From: Promethearchaeota archaeon
GTDB lineage: Archaea > Asgardarchaeota > Lokiarchaeia > Sigyniarchaeales > SOKP01
Direction of reading: 5' to 3'
DNA: 64,000 bases
Assembly (NCBI GenBank): GCA_029838195.1
Contig: JALGVJ010000016.1
Coordinates: 29,733-93,732, forward strand
The position numbers were made by a program, and so were the translations under genes. Positions within the stretch are counted from its first letter, which is position 1; every line of letters starts with the position of its first letter. The notes beneath the pieces are model-generated. The model saw only the letters and a program-made list of their open reading frames with translations. It ran no database searches and was not told the origin of the DNA. Positions 42,536 through 51,482 of the stretch are shown piece by piece.

Positions 42536-43303
42536 ATGAAAGAAAAACCATTTCGAATTGCAATAACCGGTAAAGGGGGAAGCGGAAAAACCTCCATCAC
42601 CGTCTTACTTGCGAAGGCGTTAATTGAGAATAGAACTACTAAACTGCTATTGGTAGATGCGGATCCGACCCATCCTCATCTCTGCGATATGGTGGATCTT
42701 CACCCGCACCAAACCATTGAAAAAATCAGAAAGAATCTCATTCAGAGCGTTTACCGAAACGAAAAAGTTCTCTCTAAAATTGCTCAAGACATCGATTTTG
42801 AAGTCTATAATGCCATTCAAGAAAGTAAACATTTTTCTCTATTTTCCTTAGGGCAGCCCGAAGGACCTGGCTGTTTTTGTCCCTCTAATACGATTTTAAG
42901 AAATGTTATCGATAGCATTTCTCATGATTTTGATGTCGTTTTAATAGATTGCGAGGCGGGATTAGAACAAATTCATCGTCAAGTTTTAAAATCCATCCAT
43001 TTTCTAATTATAGTTGTTGATCTCTCCATGCGGAGTGTTGAAACTGCCCGATCTATTAAATCAAGCGCAAAAAAATTCACAAATAGTCAATCGATGGGAG
43101 TCATCGTAAATAAATCATTAGGCGATATCACGCCCCTCCTCAATAAAATAGAGGAATTCAAATTGTCTTTAATTGGAACGATTTCTGATGATCCCCTTAT
43201 TAAAAATTTTGATTTAATGGGAAAACCCTTGATTTACCTGCCCGAAACCTCTACTAGTTTCCGAGAAATGAAACTCCTCATTGACAGGATCTTTCCCTCT
43301 TGA
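42536..43303 (+). CDS. cooC: CooC/AcsF-type nickel-insertion ATPase
   Basis: GKGGSGKT, DADP, GPGCFCP (CxC), DCEAGLE. Confidence 0.88.
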   Translation: MKEKPFRIAITGKGGSGKTSITVLLAKALIENRTTKLLLVDADPTHPHLCDMVDLHPHQTIEKIRKNLIQSVYRNEKVLSKIAQDIDFEVYNAIQESKHFSLFSLGQPEGPGCFCPSNTILRNVIDSISHDFDVVLIDCEAGLEQIHRQVLKSIHFLIIVVDLSMRSVETARSIKSSAKKFTNSQSMGVIVNKSLGDITPLLNKIEEFKLSLIGTISDDPLIKNFDLMGKPLIYLPETSTSFREMKLLIDRIFPS

Positions 43304-43355
43304 GACCGAAGAGAGGCGTTCAAAATAAGAATGATTAATGAAAGGTGGTCTTGAG

Positions 43356-44120
43356 TTATTCGGACTGAGATTCCAAATTCTTGAAACAATTACAACAATA
43401 AAATTCTAAATGAGGATTTTCCCACAATTCCACTAAACGCTCTTTAGATAAGCTCGCATTCGTGGAACTAAATTCGCTAAAATATAAAGGACGAGAACAA
43501 TTCCAGCACTTCCGAATGATCTTTCGCGTGTTGTATAACTCATCGTGCACGCTCTGAATTCTTCTCTCCAGAAACTCTCTATGATCTTGATATTCCTCCT
43601 CCGTAATTTTGCCCTTAGTTCTTAACCCAATTAATATCGCTAACTCAAATACGATTTCTAAATTATCTCGGAACCTCGCCGATGTTTCGATTAAACATTC
43701 TAAATGATATTTCTCCATGATGAGCCTTAAATAATCGGGATCCACGATTCTACAATCAAATAAATCCGTTTTATTTGCCACTAAAATGATCTGGTCAGAA
43801 GTTAAATTAACTTCTCTTGCCAAACTTATAAAATAATTCAATTCCTCAAAAGTATTCGGACGCGTTAAATCTCCAACTAAAACACAGCTGTGCGCTCCCT
43901 TATAATAATTCGAACGCAAGAAATCGAACCGACATACACCCCCTAAGTCCCAAAATTGTGCTCTTACTTCATGTTCTAGCAAGAAATAATCTTTCGTAAA
44001 AAAATTCACTCCAATCGTAATTCGAGTGTTATCAATAAAATTACCCTTAATTAAAGATTGTAGCATCGTGCTTTTTCCCGTCCCGCCTCGGCCATCAACA
44101 ATAACCTTGATTATCTCCAT
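43356..44120 (-). CDS. Rab-like small GTPase fused to a C-terminal zinc-finger-like domain
   Basis: G1 DGRGGTGKST, TIGVNF, WDLGG, NKTD, ETSAR; C-terminal CWNC...CCNC. Confidence 0.88.
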   Translation of the reverse strand: MEIIKVIVDGRGGTGKSTMLQSLIKGNFIDNTRITIGVNFFTKDYFLLEHEVRAQFWDLGGVCRFDFLRSNYYKGAHSCVLVGDLTRPNTFEELNYFISLAREVNLTSDQIILVANKTDLFDCRIVDPDYLRLIMEKYHLECLIETSARFRDNLEIVFELAILIGLRTKGKITEEEYQDHREFLERRIQSVHDELYNTRKIIRKCWNCSRPLYFSEFSSTNASLSKERLVELWENPHLEFYCCNCFKNLESQSE

Positions 44121-44384
44121 GAAAAAAAAACACTCGCGATAGTTCTATATTGTATAGAAAAAAATTTACTATATAAACCTTTGTTATTAATAAAAAGAGC
44201 TTGTCCACGTTCGGTTAAATATACTCGTGAGTATAAAAGGATCTTGCCTCGAGCGACAAAATTCTTTACGAGTAGAAAATGTATTTTTTTCTCATTTTAG
44301 AAATATTATTATCTAATTCTTCTTCTTTAAGAAGTATTGCAATCCCATGGTTTTTTAAAAAAAGAAAAATAAAACCGATTGCCA

Positions 44385-45644
44385 TCATGGAAAAATCCCT
44401 CTTAATCGTATGGCCCTGGAAATTCTGTCAATTGCAATCATGTAGGCGGCAATTCGTAAAGGAATATGTTTTTCTTCCGCAAGTGAATATACATGTTCGA
44501 AAGCTTCTAAAAGAATGCTTTTCAATTCGCTATAAATTCTCTCTAATTTCCAAAAATATGCGTGAATATCTTGAATGTATTCAAAATATGAAACAATGAC
44601 TCCTCCAGCATTTGCTAAAATATCGGGAATCACGACAATTCCTTTCTCATTTAAAATCTCATCTGCTTCAGGAGTCGTGGGACCATTTGCTCCTTCCAAG
44701 ATGATCTTGCAATCAATATCCCTTGCGATGCTTGCCGTTATTTGATTTTGCGTGGCCGCCGGAACTAATATGTCGCATTTTATTTTAAATAATTGCTTAT
44801 TGGGAATGGATGTGGCACCATTCTCCGCATAATCTTTTAATAAATGATTTTGTGTTTTCCATTTTAATAAATCATCTACATTCAAGCCATTTTCAGAGTA
44901 TACCGTTCCTTCCTTTTCTTGGATGGCAAGAATTTTGCAGCCGTAATCGTGAAGTTTCTTAGCAATAATGCTTCCTACCTTGCCAAACCCTTGAATTACT
45001 ACGGACATGGCTTTCAAATCAAGGTTTTTTTTTTCGCAAAATGCCTTCAAAACATAAAACATCCCTGTTCCCGTAGCATCTCTGCGCCCTACAGATCCTC
45101 CAATTTCTATGGGTTTACCCGTAACAACGCCAGGAATGGTTCTCCCTTTTTGCATTGAATAGACATCCATTATCCAAGCCATTATTTGACTGTCCGTGTT
45201 CATATCAGGAGCCGGGATGTCAATATCCGGGCCAATAACATTAATGATTTCCGCTGTGAATCTTCTCGTCAACCTTTCTAATTCTCCTTTTGATAGTTTT
45301 TCTGGGTTCACGCAAACACCCCCCTTGCCCCCCCCAAAAGGTAAATTGACTAGGCTACATTTTAAGGTCATCCAAAAAGCAAGAGCTTTGACCTCATCAA
45401 GATTTACATCAGGAGCAAATCGTATTCCTCCTTTTGCTGGCCCTCTAACTGTAGAATGATGAACTCTATACCCCTCAAAAATTTGAAGAGATCCATCATC
45501 CATTAAAACGGGGATCGAAACCATTAATGCACGTTCTACTCTTTTCAGATACGTGGCAATGTTAGCTTCTAAATTCATGTATTTGGCAACGATATCTATT
45601 AATTTTTTTACATTTTCATAAGGATTTGATGCATTATTTTTCAT
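44385..45644 (-). CDS. gdhA: Glutamate dehydrogenase (Glu/Leu/Phe/Val family)
   Basis: RGPAKGGIRF, MTLKC, PFGGGKGG, DIPAPD, VTGKP, QGFGKVG, EGANGP, PDILANAGGV. Confidence 0.95.
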   Translation of the reverse strand: MKNNASNPYENVKKLIDIVAKYMNLEANIATYLKRVERALMVSIPVLMDDGSLQIFEGYRVHHSTVRGPAKGGIRFAPDVNLDEVKALAFWMTLKCSLVNLPFGGGKGGVCVNPEKLSKGELERLTRRFTAEIINVIGPDIDIPAPDMNTDSQIMAWIMDVYSMQKGRTIPGVVTGKPIEIGGSVGRRDATGTGMFYVLKAFCEKKNLDLKAMSVVIQGFGKVGSIIAKKLHDYGCKILAIQEKEGTVYSENGLNVDDLLKWKTQNHLLKDYAENGATSIPNKQLFKIKCDILVPAATQNQITASIARDIDCKIILEGANGPTTPEADEILNEKGIVVIPDILANAGGVIVSYFEYIQDIHAYFWKLERIYSELKSILLEAFEHVYSLAEEKHIPLRIAAYMIAIDRISRAIRLRGIFP

Positions 45645-45944
45645 TTTTTTTTTCTCATGTTTTTAATTTTGTTTCTGTATTAATATTGAAAAATGAAGAA
45701 GTTAACAATTGAAAAAAGGTAAATATTTTTAAATCTTTTTCTGTTCAGAAAAGTCAATCTTTTTCGCATCATTTTCAAACGAAAATTGATTATTCTTCGA
45801 ATTAATTAACATTTTTTTATTCACTAATAATATTATGGTGAAAATTATTAAAAAAATACATCTAATATAATCAATCTATATTTTATTACTTTTATCGCAT
45901 GAGGACAATCTTTTTGAATTCTTGTCATTTTGGTAATTTGAACA

Positions 45945-46055
45945 ATGATTATTTGTACATCTTGTGGTCAAATTTTAAAGAAAAAATCTGCTGGATACGC
46001 GTTTTGTCCTTCTTGCAAGAAAATCACCTATTTCATGCAATACCTTCCTAAATGA
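45945..46055 (+). CDS. Zinc-ribbon microprotein (36 aa; 37 aa with terminal Sec if the TGA is recoded)
   Basis: MIICTSCGQILKKKSAGYAFCPSCKKITYFMQYLPK then TGA TAA TAG; CxxC-x13-CxxC; absent from the ORF track. Confidence 0.7.
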   Translation: MIICTSCGQILKKKSAGYAFCPSCKKITYFMQYLPK

Positions 46056-46076
46056 TAATAGACATGTGAAATTAGA

Positions 46077-46167
46077 TTAAGGTGGATTCGAAATTCCGAA
46101 TGAAATGCGCGTGAAAACCGTAGATGAGCATCGACGACCTTGCGAGGGGTTAAAAATTCCACCTTAA
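46077..46167 (+). ncRNA. SECIS-like structured RNA element (core 46100-46147)
   Basis: AUGAA / 8-bp stem AUGCGCGU:AUGAGCAU (one G.A, one G.U) / loop GAAAACCGUAG / CGAC / GA / CCUUGCGAGG, enclosed by a 10-bp outer stem UUAAGGUGGA:UCCACCUUAA; same layout as the vhuU element. Confidence 0.6.
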
Positions 46168-46281
46168 ATTACTCATTTTATCTCGTTTTCTTTTTTTAAT
46201 ACTTATATTCCTGTTTTTAGATTAAAAGGTACTTTTCAATTAATGAAAAATTATTATACGTGATAATAAATTCAATAACTC

Positions 46282-47439
46282 ATGAGCATATTTAAAGAAG
46301 ATATCGAAGAAGCTAAAGAGCGATTATCTGCGTGGTGGGATCATGAACTCATTGATCGTCCTTGCATTATTTATTTTCATCCCAAAACAGGCGTTCCCTT
46401 TCATGGAATTTATGACATCTGGTATCTATCAAAAAAATGGGACGATATTCAGGGCTGTTTAGAGGATTTTGAAAAAAAATCAAAATCCATCTATTTCGGA
46501 GCAGAGACCATTCCTTGGTTTTGGCCGAATTATGGCCCGGGAATCATAGCGTCTGTCTTGGGTGTAGAACCTAATTATCAAGAACAAACTCAGACGGTTT
46601 GGTTTAGTCGTCCCACGCCGGTAAATGAAATCATTTCGCACCTGGAAAGCCAGAAATTGAATAAAAATAATCCCTGGTATGCCCGCTTAATTAATATAAC
46701 AGAACATGCGGCAAAAAGAGCTAAAAAAGATTATTCTGTGGCACTGACGGATCTAGGTGGAGTCATAGATATTTTATCCTCATTTTTAGGACCAACCAAT
46801 ATCATTCTTACCATGAAACGTTCTCCCGGAATAATTGACACGTGTCGAGCTATCATCTTGGAGAAGTTACTAAAAGTTTATGACGAGTTACAAGACATTA
46901 TTGAAAGGTACGGGGATGGTTGTAATAGTTGGATTCCTATTTGGTGTCCAAAGCGCTATTATCCCATCCAATCTGATTTTTCTGCCATGCTTTCTCCTAA
47001 ATTATTTAAACGATTCGTGTTACCAGATATCAAGGAGCAAGCAGAACACATGGATCATGCCATTTATCACTTAGATGGTCCCGGACAGCTCGTCCATTTA
47101 GATGATTTATTAAATGAGCCTTCCATAACGGCAATACAATGGGTGCCCGGAGCGGGAGAGGCGCCTTCTTCTGATGAAAAATGGATGCCGATTTATAAAA
47201 AAATACAGAAGGCGGGGAAAAGCGTGATTATTGATAATCCAGGCGAAACCCCGGCAGCAGCTACTTACTTGTATGACGTATTAGATCCAAAATATCTAAT
47301 AATGCCTCTTATATTTCTCACGGAAATGCAAGCAGCCTATTATCTTCCTGAATTTGTAGGAGGGAATGGGGCTAAAGGAGATTTTAAGCAATTTAAAAAA
47401 GAGTTTAGAAAACGTCAGAAAGAAAAACAAGGGATTTAG
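46282..47439 (+). CDS. Uroporphyrinogen decarboxylase/MtaA-like TIM-barrel protein
   Basis: ERLSAWW...DRP, NYGPG, TDLGG, QSDFSAMLSPKLFKRFVLP, YHLDGPG, IQWVPGAG. Confidence 0.8.
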   Translation: MSIFKEDIEEAKERLSAWWDHELIDRPCIIYFHPKTGVPFHGIYDIWYLSKKWDDIQGCLEDFEKKSKSIYFGAETIPWFWPNYGPGIIASVLGVEPNYQEQTQTVWFSRPTPVNEIISHLESQKLNKNNPWYARLINITEHAAKRAKKDYSVALTDLGGVIDILSSFLGPTNIILTMKRSPGIIDTCRAIILEKLLKVYDELQDIIERYGDGCNSWIPIWCPKRYYPIQSDFSAMLSPKLFKRFVLPDIKEQAEHMDHAIYHLDGPGQLVHLDDLLNEPSITAIQWVPGAGEAPSSDEKWMPIYKKIQKAGKSVIIDNPGETPAAATYLYDVLDPKYLIMPLIFLTEMQAAYYLPEFVGGNGAKGDFKQFKKEFRKRQKEKQGI

Positions 47440-47512
47440 TATTAAACCGGGCAAAAATTAATACATGACTTATTCGATCAAATTAAAATTCATTTTACTA
47501 AAAAATCATGAA

Positions 47513-48311
47513 TCAAGATTTCACGAATCGTAATTCTCCCTTCTTAATGATTAATTCGTTATCTAAGAAAAGCGTTTTTATCATTTTTAGAAGTGAGAAC
47601 TTTTTTAATATCTCAGCTTGATATCCTCCTTTAATCTCCGTTATATATCCTTCTTTAATTTTCATGTGAATGGGTTCTTCAAGCAAACCAATATTGAGAT
47701 AAGGCATGCTAGCATCGACAACAAGGTTTCCCGTGGTTGTCCCTTCCACCGGCGAAAAGTTTGATTCGATGATCGGGATGGGAGAAAATTGAGATGGCCG
47801 TACGATCCTGGTTAAGCTATTGCCATGCCGTCCTTCTATATTCATAGTTAAATTTGTACCCGCGGAAGTAATTAATTGTAATTGACTTGCCCGCGTGAAT
47901 AATTCGCCTAATTTTTCGAAGATGATTTTTGTGCCTTAAAATTGGTCTCGATCCCTCCTTTGATCATCATTCGTTCTGAAAAAGCCGTCATTAATAAACG
48001 TGAGCACCTGAATTTGTTGCGTTTTTAATGGCAGTTGTATGGGTGATAGATTTACTCACGGGACATAATTTGAGATTTGCTTGTTTCATGGCTTCGCCAA
48101 CCGGCAAGGGAGGCTCTTGGCCATCATGTTCGCGGGGATTAAATATAATTAACACGGGGGCTGCTTCTCTTTCATTAATTACTGCCATTAAAACTTGAGC
48201 GATGCTTATCATGAGCGTATCAGTAATGATTAATAACTTTTCTTCTTTTTGAAGAGAAACACAATCCTCCAAGATGGTCTTAGCTCCTCTCATCATCCGA
48301 GTCCATTCCAT
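47513..48311 (-). pseudogene. Frameshifted, truncated leucyl aminopeptidase (thermophilic metalloprotease M29-like)
   Basis: Three successive frames: ...EPPLPVGEAM...SITHT...SGA | RLLMTAFSERMMIKGGIETNF | FEKLGELFT...SAGTNLTMNIEGRHG...EGTTTGNLVVD...; metal-binding C-terminal part is missing. Confidence 0.8.
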
Positions 48312-48550
48312 GGTCTTCCACTCTTTCCATGATATCCATTGTTTTTTAAAAAATTAATTCTTGTATGATTGAAATTTGTTAAATTAATTTAAACTAGTAA
48401 ATTTTCATGGAATGCATTAAAAATCCAAGTCAGAGAATCTTACTCGAGATGTTTCATGAAAAATTAAAAATTGGGGAAATTTGAAAAAAAAATAATCTCA
48501 GGAAAAAAAAAAATCATGATGATGGATAAATTTTTCGAGAATAGCATTCA

Positions 48551-50851
48551 TTAATAAGCTAATTGCACCTTGCTCGGCTGGTATTCGCCTTTTCCTTTGA
48601 TTTGATAAGAAATTTCGAGTTCTTCTCCTTCTTCAAGTGTTTCTATGGTCCATTGAAGAATATCCTCGCCTTCCATGTCAATAATTTCGGGTTCCATGGA
48701 GAAATTACTTCTTTCGAAATTATCCGGGACTTTATCAAGAATTTTGAAGTTTTTCAGGGGCATGTGGGTGGTTCCAATGTTTTTCAAGTAGAGAACGATT
48801 TGATACTCCCCTAAATTTCCTAAGGGGATGATTTCTTTTCCTAATCTGTATTGTCTTCTCAAGTGAACTGCTTTTATAACAGGTACTTCTTCGGGAATGA
48901 CTCTATATTCTAATTCTGGCCCTATCGGATATGTATTAGCATTTATCAATACCTCGGATTCAAATTCCACGTCTTCCACGGGTTTGGAGGCATGTATGGG
49001 ATACTTTAACTCATAAACGCTATTAGGATCGAACATGCCTTCCGGGCGATCTTTCAAATCTTTTACTTCATAAATTAAAGCATCATCATCAATTCGCAAA
49101 TCGCCTGGTTGGATCTCCACGGGCTTTCCGTCTTTCAATACTTGCACTTCTGGTGGAATTTTTTCTCCTGTTTCCTCATCCACGGTTTCTTCTAAGTTTG
49201 GGGGCTGAAATTGGTCAGAAAAAGGTTGATGCGTGATTTTTACCTCGTTAAGAGGAGCCGACCCATCATTGTGCACGGTTAACACGGCGTTAATATCTGT
49301 GTCTTTATACGTTGGGATTTTTATGATTCCCTCCTCTTCTTCCACGGGCAATTCAATTTCAGCCACATCAAATGTCAGTTCTCCTTTAATGCTTGCTAAC
49401 ACTAATTCTACATCCTTAATTAAAATCGTACTATTGACGCTGGTTTGGAAATCGGGTAATACTCTAAATTCAATATTCTTTCTAAATTGAGGATAATCTT
49501 CACTTTCAATATTCCAGCGGCTAGAATGCCATTGGGCACCCGGTGGCAATAAGGGAAAGTTCTCTGATTCTATTTCAGCGTAATTAGTGGATTTATCTTC
49601 CGGTCGATATACATCAATATTAAAGAGTTCTATCATGAATTCAGATGAATTTTCGAATACCAATTTACAATCCCAAATTCCAGGCTCCTCGTCTCTTTCC
49701 ATGATATCCACGTGGAATTTGTTTCGGGTAAATGCATCAAACGTATCAATGCCTAATCCGGGGACAAAAGAAGAACTCGCTTCAAACGTTACTTCAATTT
49801 CTCCCGTGTTTTTTGCTTCTAATTCGGAAACCATGATGTTACACGTGAACTTTAAGAGAACTGTTTTTTCGGGTTTTAAAACATCGATTTTCCATGTTAA
49901 TTGCTCTCCTTCGATTTCTGCGTATCCAATGGTAGTATCAATTACTTTTGGATTAGTAAAATGTTCGAGAATTGTTTTTTTAACTACGATATTGTAAAGT
50001 GGTTTTTCAAAAAGACTCCTTATGCCTATAGCAAACGTGACGGTAAATTCCTTGTCTAAAGAAATTCCAAAAGACTCTAAAGTAAATTCTTCAGCTGCAA
50101 CTCCTCCATCGGGCTCTTCATTACCTTCTTCTTCCTCTTCTTCTTCCTCTTCTTTTTCCTCCTCTTCTTCCTCCTCTTCCTCTTCCCCTTCTTCTTTTTT
50201 TTCTTCCTCTTCTACAGCCTCCTCCTCAACAGCAATTTCTTCTGCTTTAGCGGTTTTATCTTTGAGGTTAAGTAAATTAGTTTCAATATCGCGAATGTTA
50301 AGAATTTCATCGGCGTTCGGCAAGGTACTGATGTATTCTTTTACTAATAAAAGATTTTTTGCTTCTCCTTCGATTTTAAATTCATGGCTTTTAATGTTGT
50401 CGTTTTCAGTGACCCCCAATTCCTGAATCTTAATTTCATTCGGGGGTAAGGAGGTCGTCTCTATGTTTTTCAGTACCAAATTAATATCCCACAGTCTATC
50501 CTTTTTACTCGGGTTTTCTATATTTAATTTTCCACTAAATCCGATAGATTCAATATTTGCATCATGATCTTGTGAAACTTTAACATCTTCAATGATTTTT
50601 ACAAGAGCTATAAGTCCATCTCGTTTTCCATCCTTTAAGAGAACATAATTTTCTAAAAGAGAAACATCTTCTCCTGGTTTCTCGGTATATATAATATTTT
50701 CGGGATCTCTTTCTAATTTTGCTCTCCCTTGTTCTTTATCAATTAATCTTAAGCCTTTTTTAGTTAATTCTTCATTTACTCCCTCTTCTACCTCTCGTTC
50801 TATGGGTACTGGCTTTTTAGGCTTCTTTTCTTTTTTTTCTCTTCTAAACAA
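48551..50851 (-). CDS. Large acidic protein: adaptin mu/delta-COP mu-homology-like domain with poly-Glu insert, followed by Ig-like beta-sandwich domains
   Basis: LVKIIEDVKV...IESIGFSGKLNI, TTIGYAEIEGEQLTWKI and GEIEVTFEASSSFVPGLGI match MHD strand patterns; C-terminal VLYLKNIG...ILDKVP...LQWTIETLEEGEELEISY; no signal peptide. Confidence 0.6.
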   Translation of the reverse strand: MFRREKKEKKPKKPVPIEREVEEGVNEELTKKGLRLIDKEQGRAKLERDPENIIYTEKPGEDVSLLENYVLLKDGKRDGLIALVKIIEDVKVSQDHDANIESIGFSGKLNIENPSKKDRLWDINLVLKNIETTSLPPNEIKIQELGVTENDNIKSHEFKIEGEAKNLLLVKEYISTLPNADEILNIRDIETNLLNLKDKTAKAEEIAVEEEAVEEEEKKEEGEEEEEEEEEEKEEEEEEEEEGNEEPDGGVAAEEFTLESFGISLDKEFTVTFAIGIRSLFEKPLYNIVVKKTILEHFTNPKVIDTTIGYAEIEGEQLTWKIDVLKPEKTVLLKFTCNIMVSELEAKNTGEIEVTFEASSSFVPGLGIDTFDAFTRNKFHVDIMERDEEPGIWDCKLVFENSSEFMIELFNIDVYRPEDKSTNYAEIESENFPLLPPGAQWHSSRWNIESEDYPQFRKNIEFRVLPDFQTSVNSTILIKDVELVLASIKGELTFDVAEIELPVEEEEGIIKIPTYKDTDINAVLTVHNDGSAPLNEVKITHQPFSDQFQPPNLEETVDEETGEKIPPEVQVLKDGKPVEIQPGDLRIDDDALIYEVKDLKDRPEGMFDPNSVYELKYPIHASKPVEDVEFESEVLINANTYPIGPELEYRVIPEEVPVIKAVHLRRQYRLGKEIIPLGNLGEYQIVLYLKNIGTTHMPLKNFKILDKVPDNFERSNFSMEPEIIDMEGEDILQWTIETLEEGEELEISYQIKGKGEYQPSKVQLAY
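50126..50230 (-). repeat. Low-complexity GAA/GAG tract encoding poly-glutamate
   Basis: EEEAVEEEEKKEEGEEEEEEEEEKEEEEEEEEEG within the 766-aa protein. Confidence 0.85.
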
Positions 50852-51085
50852 AATTTTTTCACCATGATAAATTGGTTAATAAAGATGGAGATTATTTTTA
50901 TTTATAAAGTTTTCCGACATTAATCATAGATAATTCCCTATATAAAGGTTTTTTACGCCATTTAATGATTTTACATGGGCCTAAGAGCAAGAATTTTAAT
51001 GGTAATTAAACAAAATTTTTTTTAGTATTCCATATTAAAATTCATATCACGTGCTTGAAGAGAACAATTACTTTTCTTTCTTTTC

Positions 51086-51481
51086 ATGAATGAACTTGAA
51101 AAATGCCATGATTGTGGGCTGTGCTGCTTAGAAACAGAAATGCTTCTTTCTAAAAGTGATATTCTTCGGATTCAAAAACGTTATTTCAACAAGCCAGAAA
51201 AAAAAGAATTTTTCTTTAAAAATAAGACGGGAATGTATCAATTAAAAAATATTAATAATAAATGTTATTTTTTTGAGGCGACTACAAAAACATGTAAGAT
51301 ATACGAAATAAGACCGAAGGGGTGCGAATTTTATCCTTTAATTTATGATAATGTAAATGATACTTGCTTACTAGATGAGGATTGCCCTCGTTCTTCCCTA
51401 TTCTATAAAAATTCAAGTCAGATAAAAAATTCCTGTAAAAGATTAAAAAAATTCATACATGACGAATTATTGAGCCAATAA
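51086..51481 (+). CDS. YkgJ/UPF0153-family Cys-cluster protein
   Basis: CHDCGLCC, CYF, CKIYEIRPKGCEFYP. Confidence 0.85.
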   Translation: MNELEKCHDCGLCCLETEMLLSKSDILRIQKRYFNKPEKKEFFFKNKTGMYQLKNINNKCYFFEATTKTCKIYEIRPKGCEFYPLIYDNVNDTCLLDEDCPRSSLFYKNSSQIKNSCKRLKKFIHDELLSQ

Positions 51482-51482
51482 T

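Noticed and set aside
45852-45944. Three in-frame TGA codons upstream of the zinc-ribbon ATG (possible multi-Sec N-terminal extension)
   Set aside because: No ATG in this frame, the region looks like AT-rich promoter/UTR, and the translation has no recognisable motif.
46064-46075. ATG-TGA-AAT-TAG mini-ORF (M-U-N) just before the SECIS-like element
   Set aside because: Too short to distinguish from chance; only 30 nt from the core.
46077-46167. tRNA (including tRNA-Sec), hammerhead ribozyme, C/D sRNA or TTAA-flanked MITE interpretation of the structured element
   Set aside because: The minus strand has a UUCGAAUCC T-loop-like string but no cloverleaf or anticodon arm. There is no CUGAUGA core, the guide segments are too short for a C/D sRNA, and only 6 bp of inverted repeat remain inside the TTAA.
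47513-48311. Stop-codon recoding (Sec/Pyl) to join the aminopeptidase fragments
   Set aside because: The fragments are in different frames and the stops are TAA/TAG after frameshifts.
50022-50426. Poly-serine ORF on the + strand
   Set aside because: Antisense shadow of the poly-Glu tract in the 766-aa gene.
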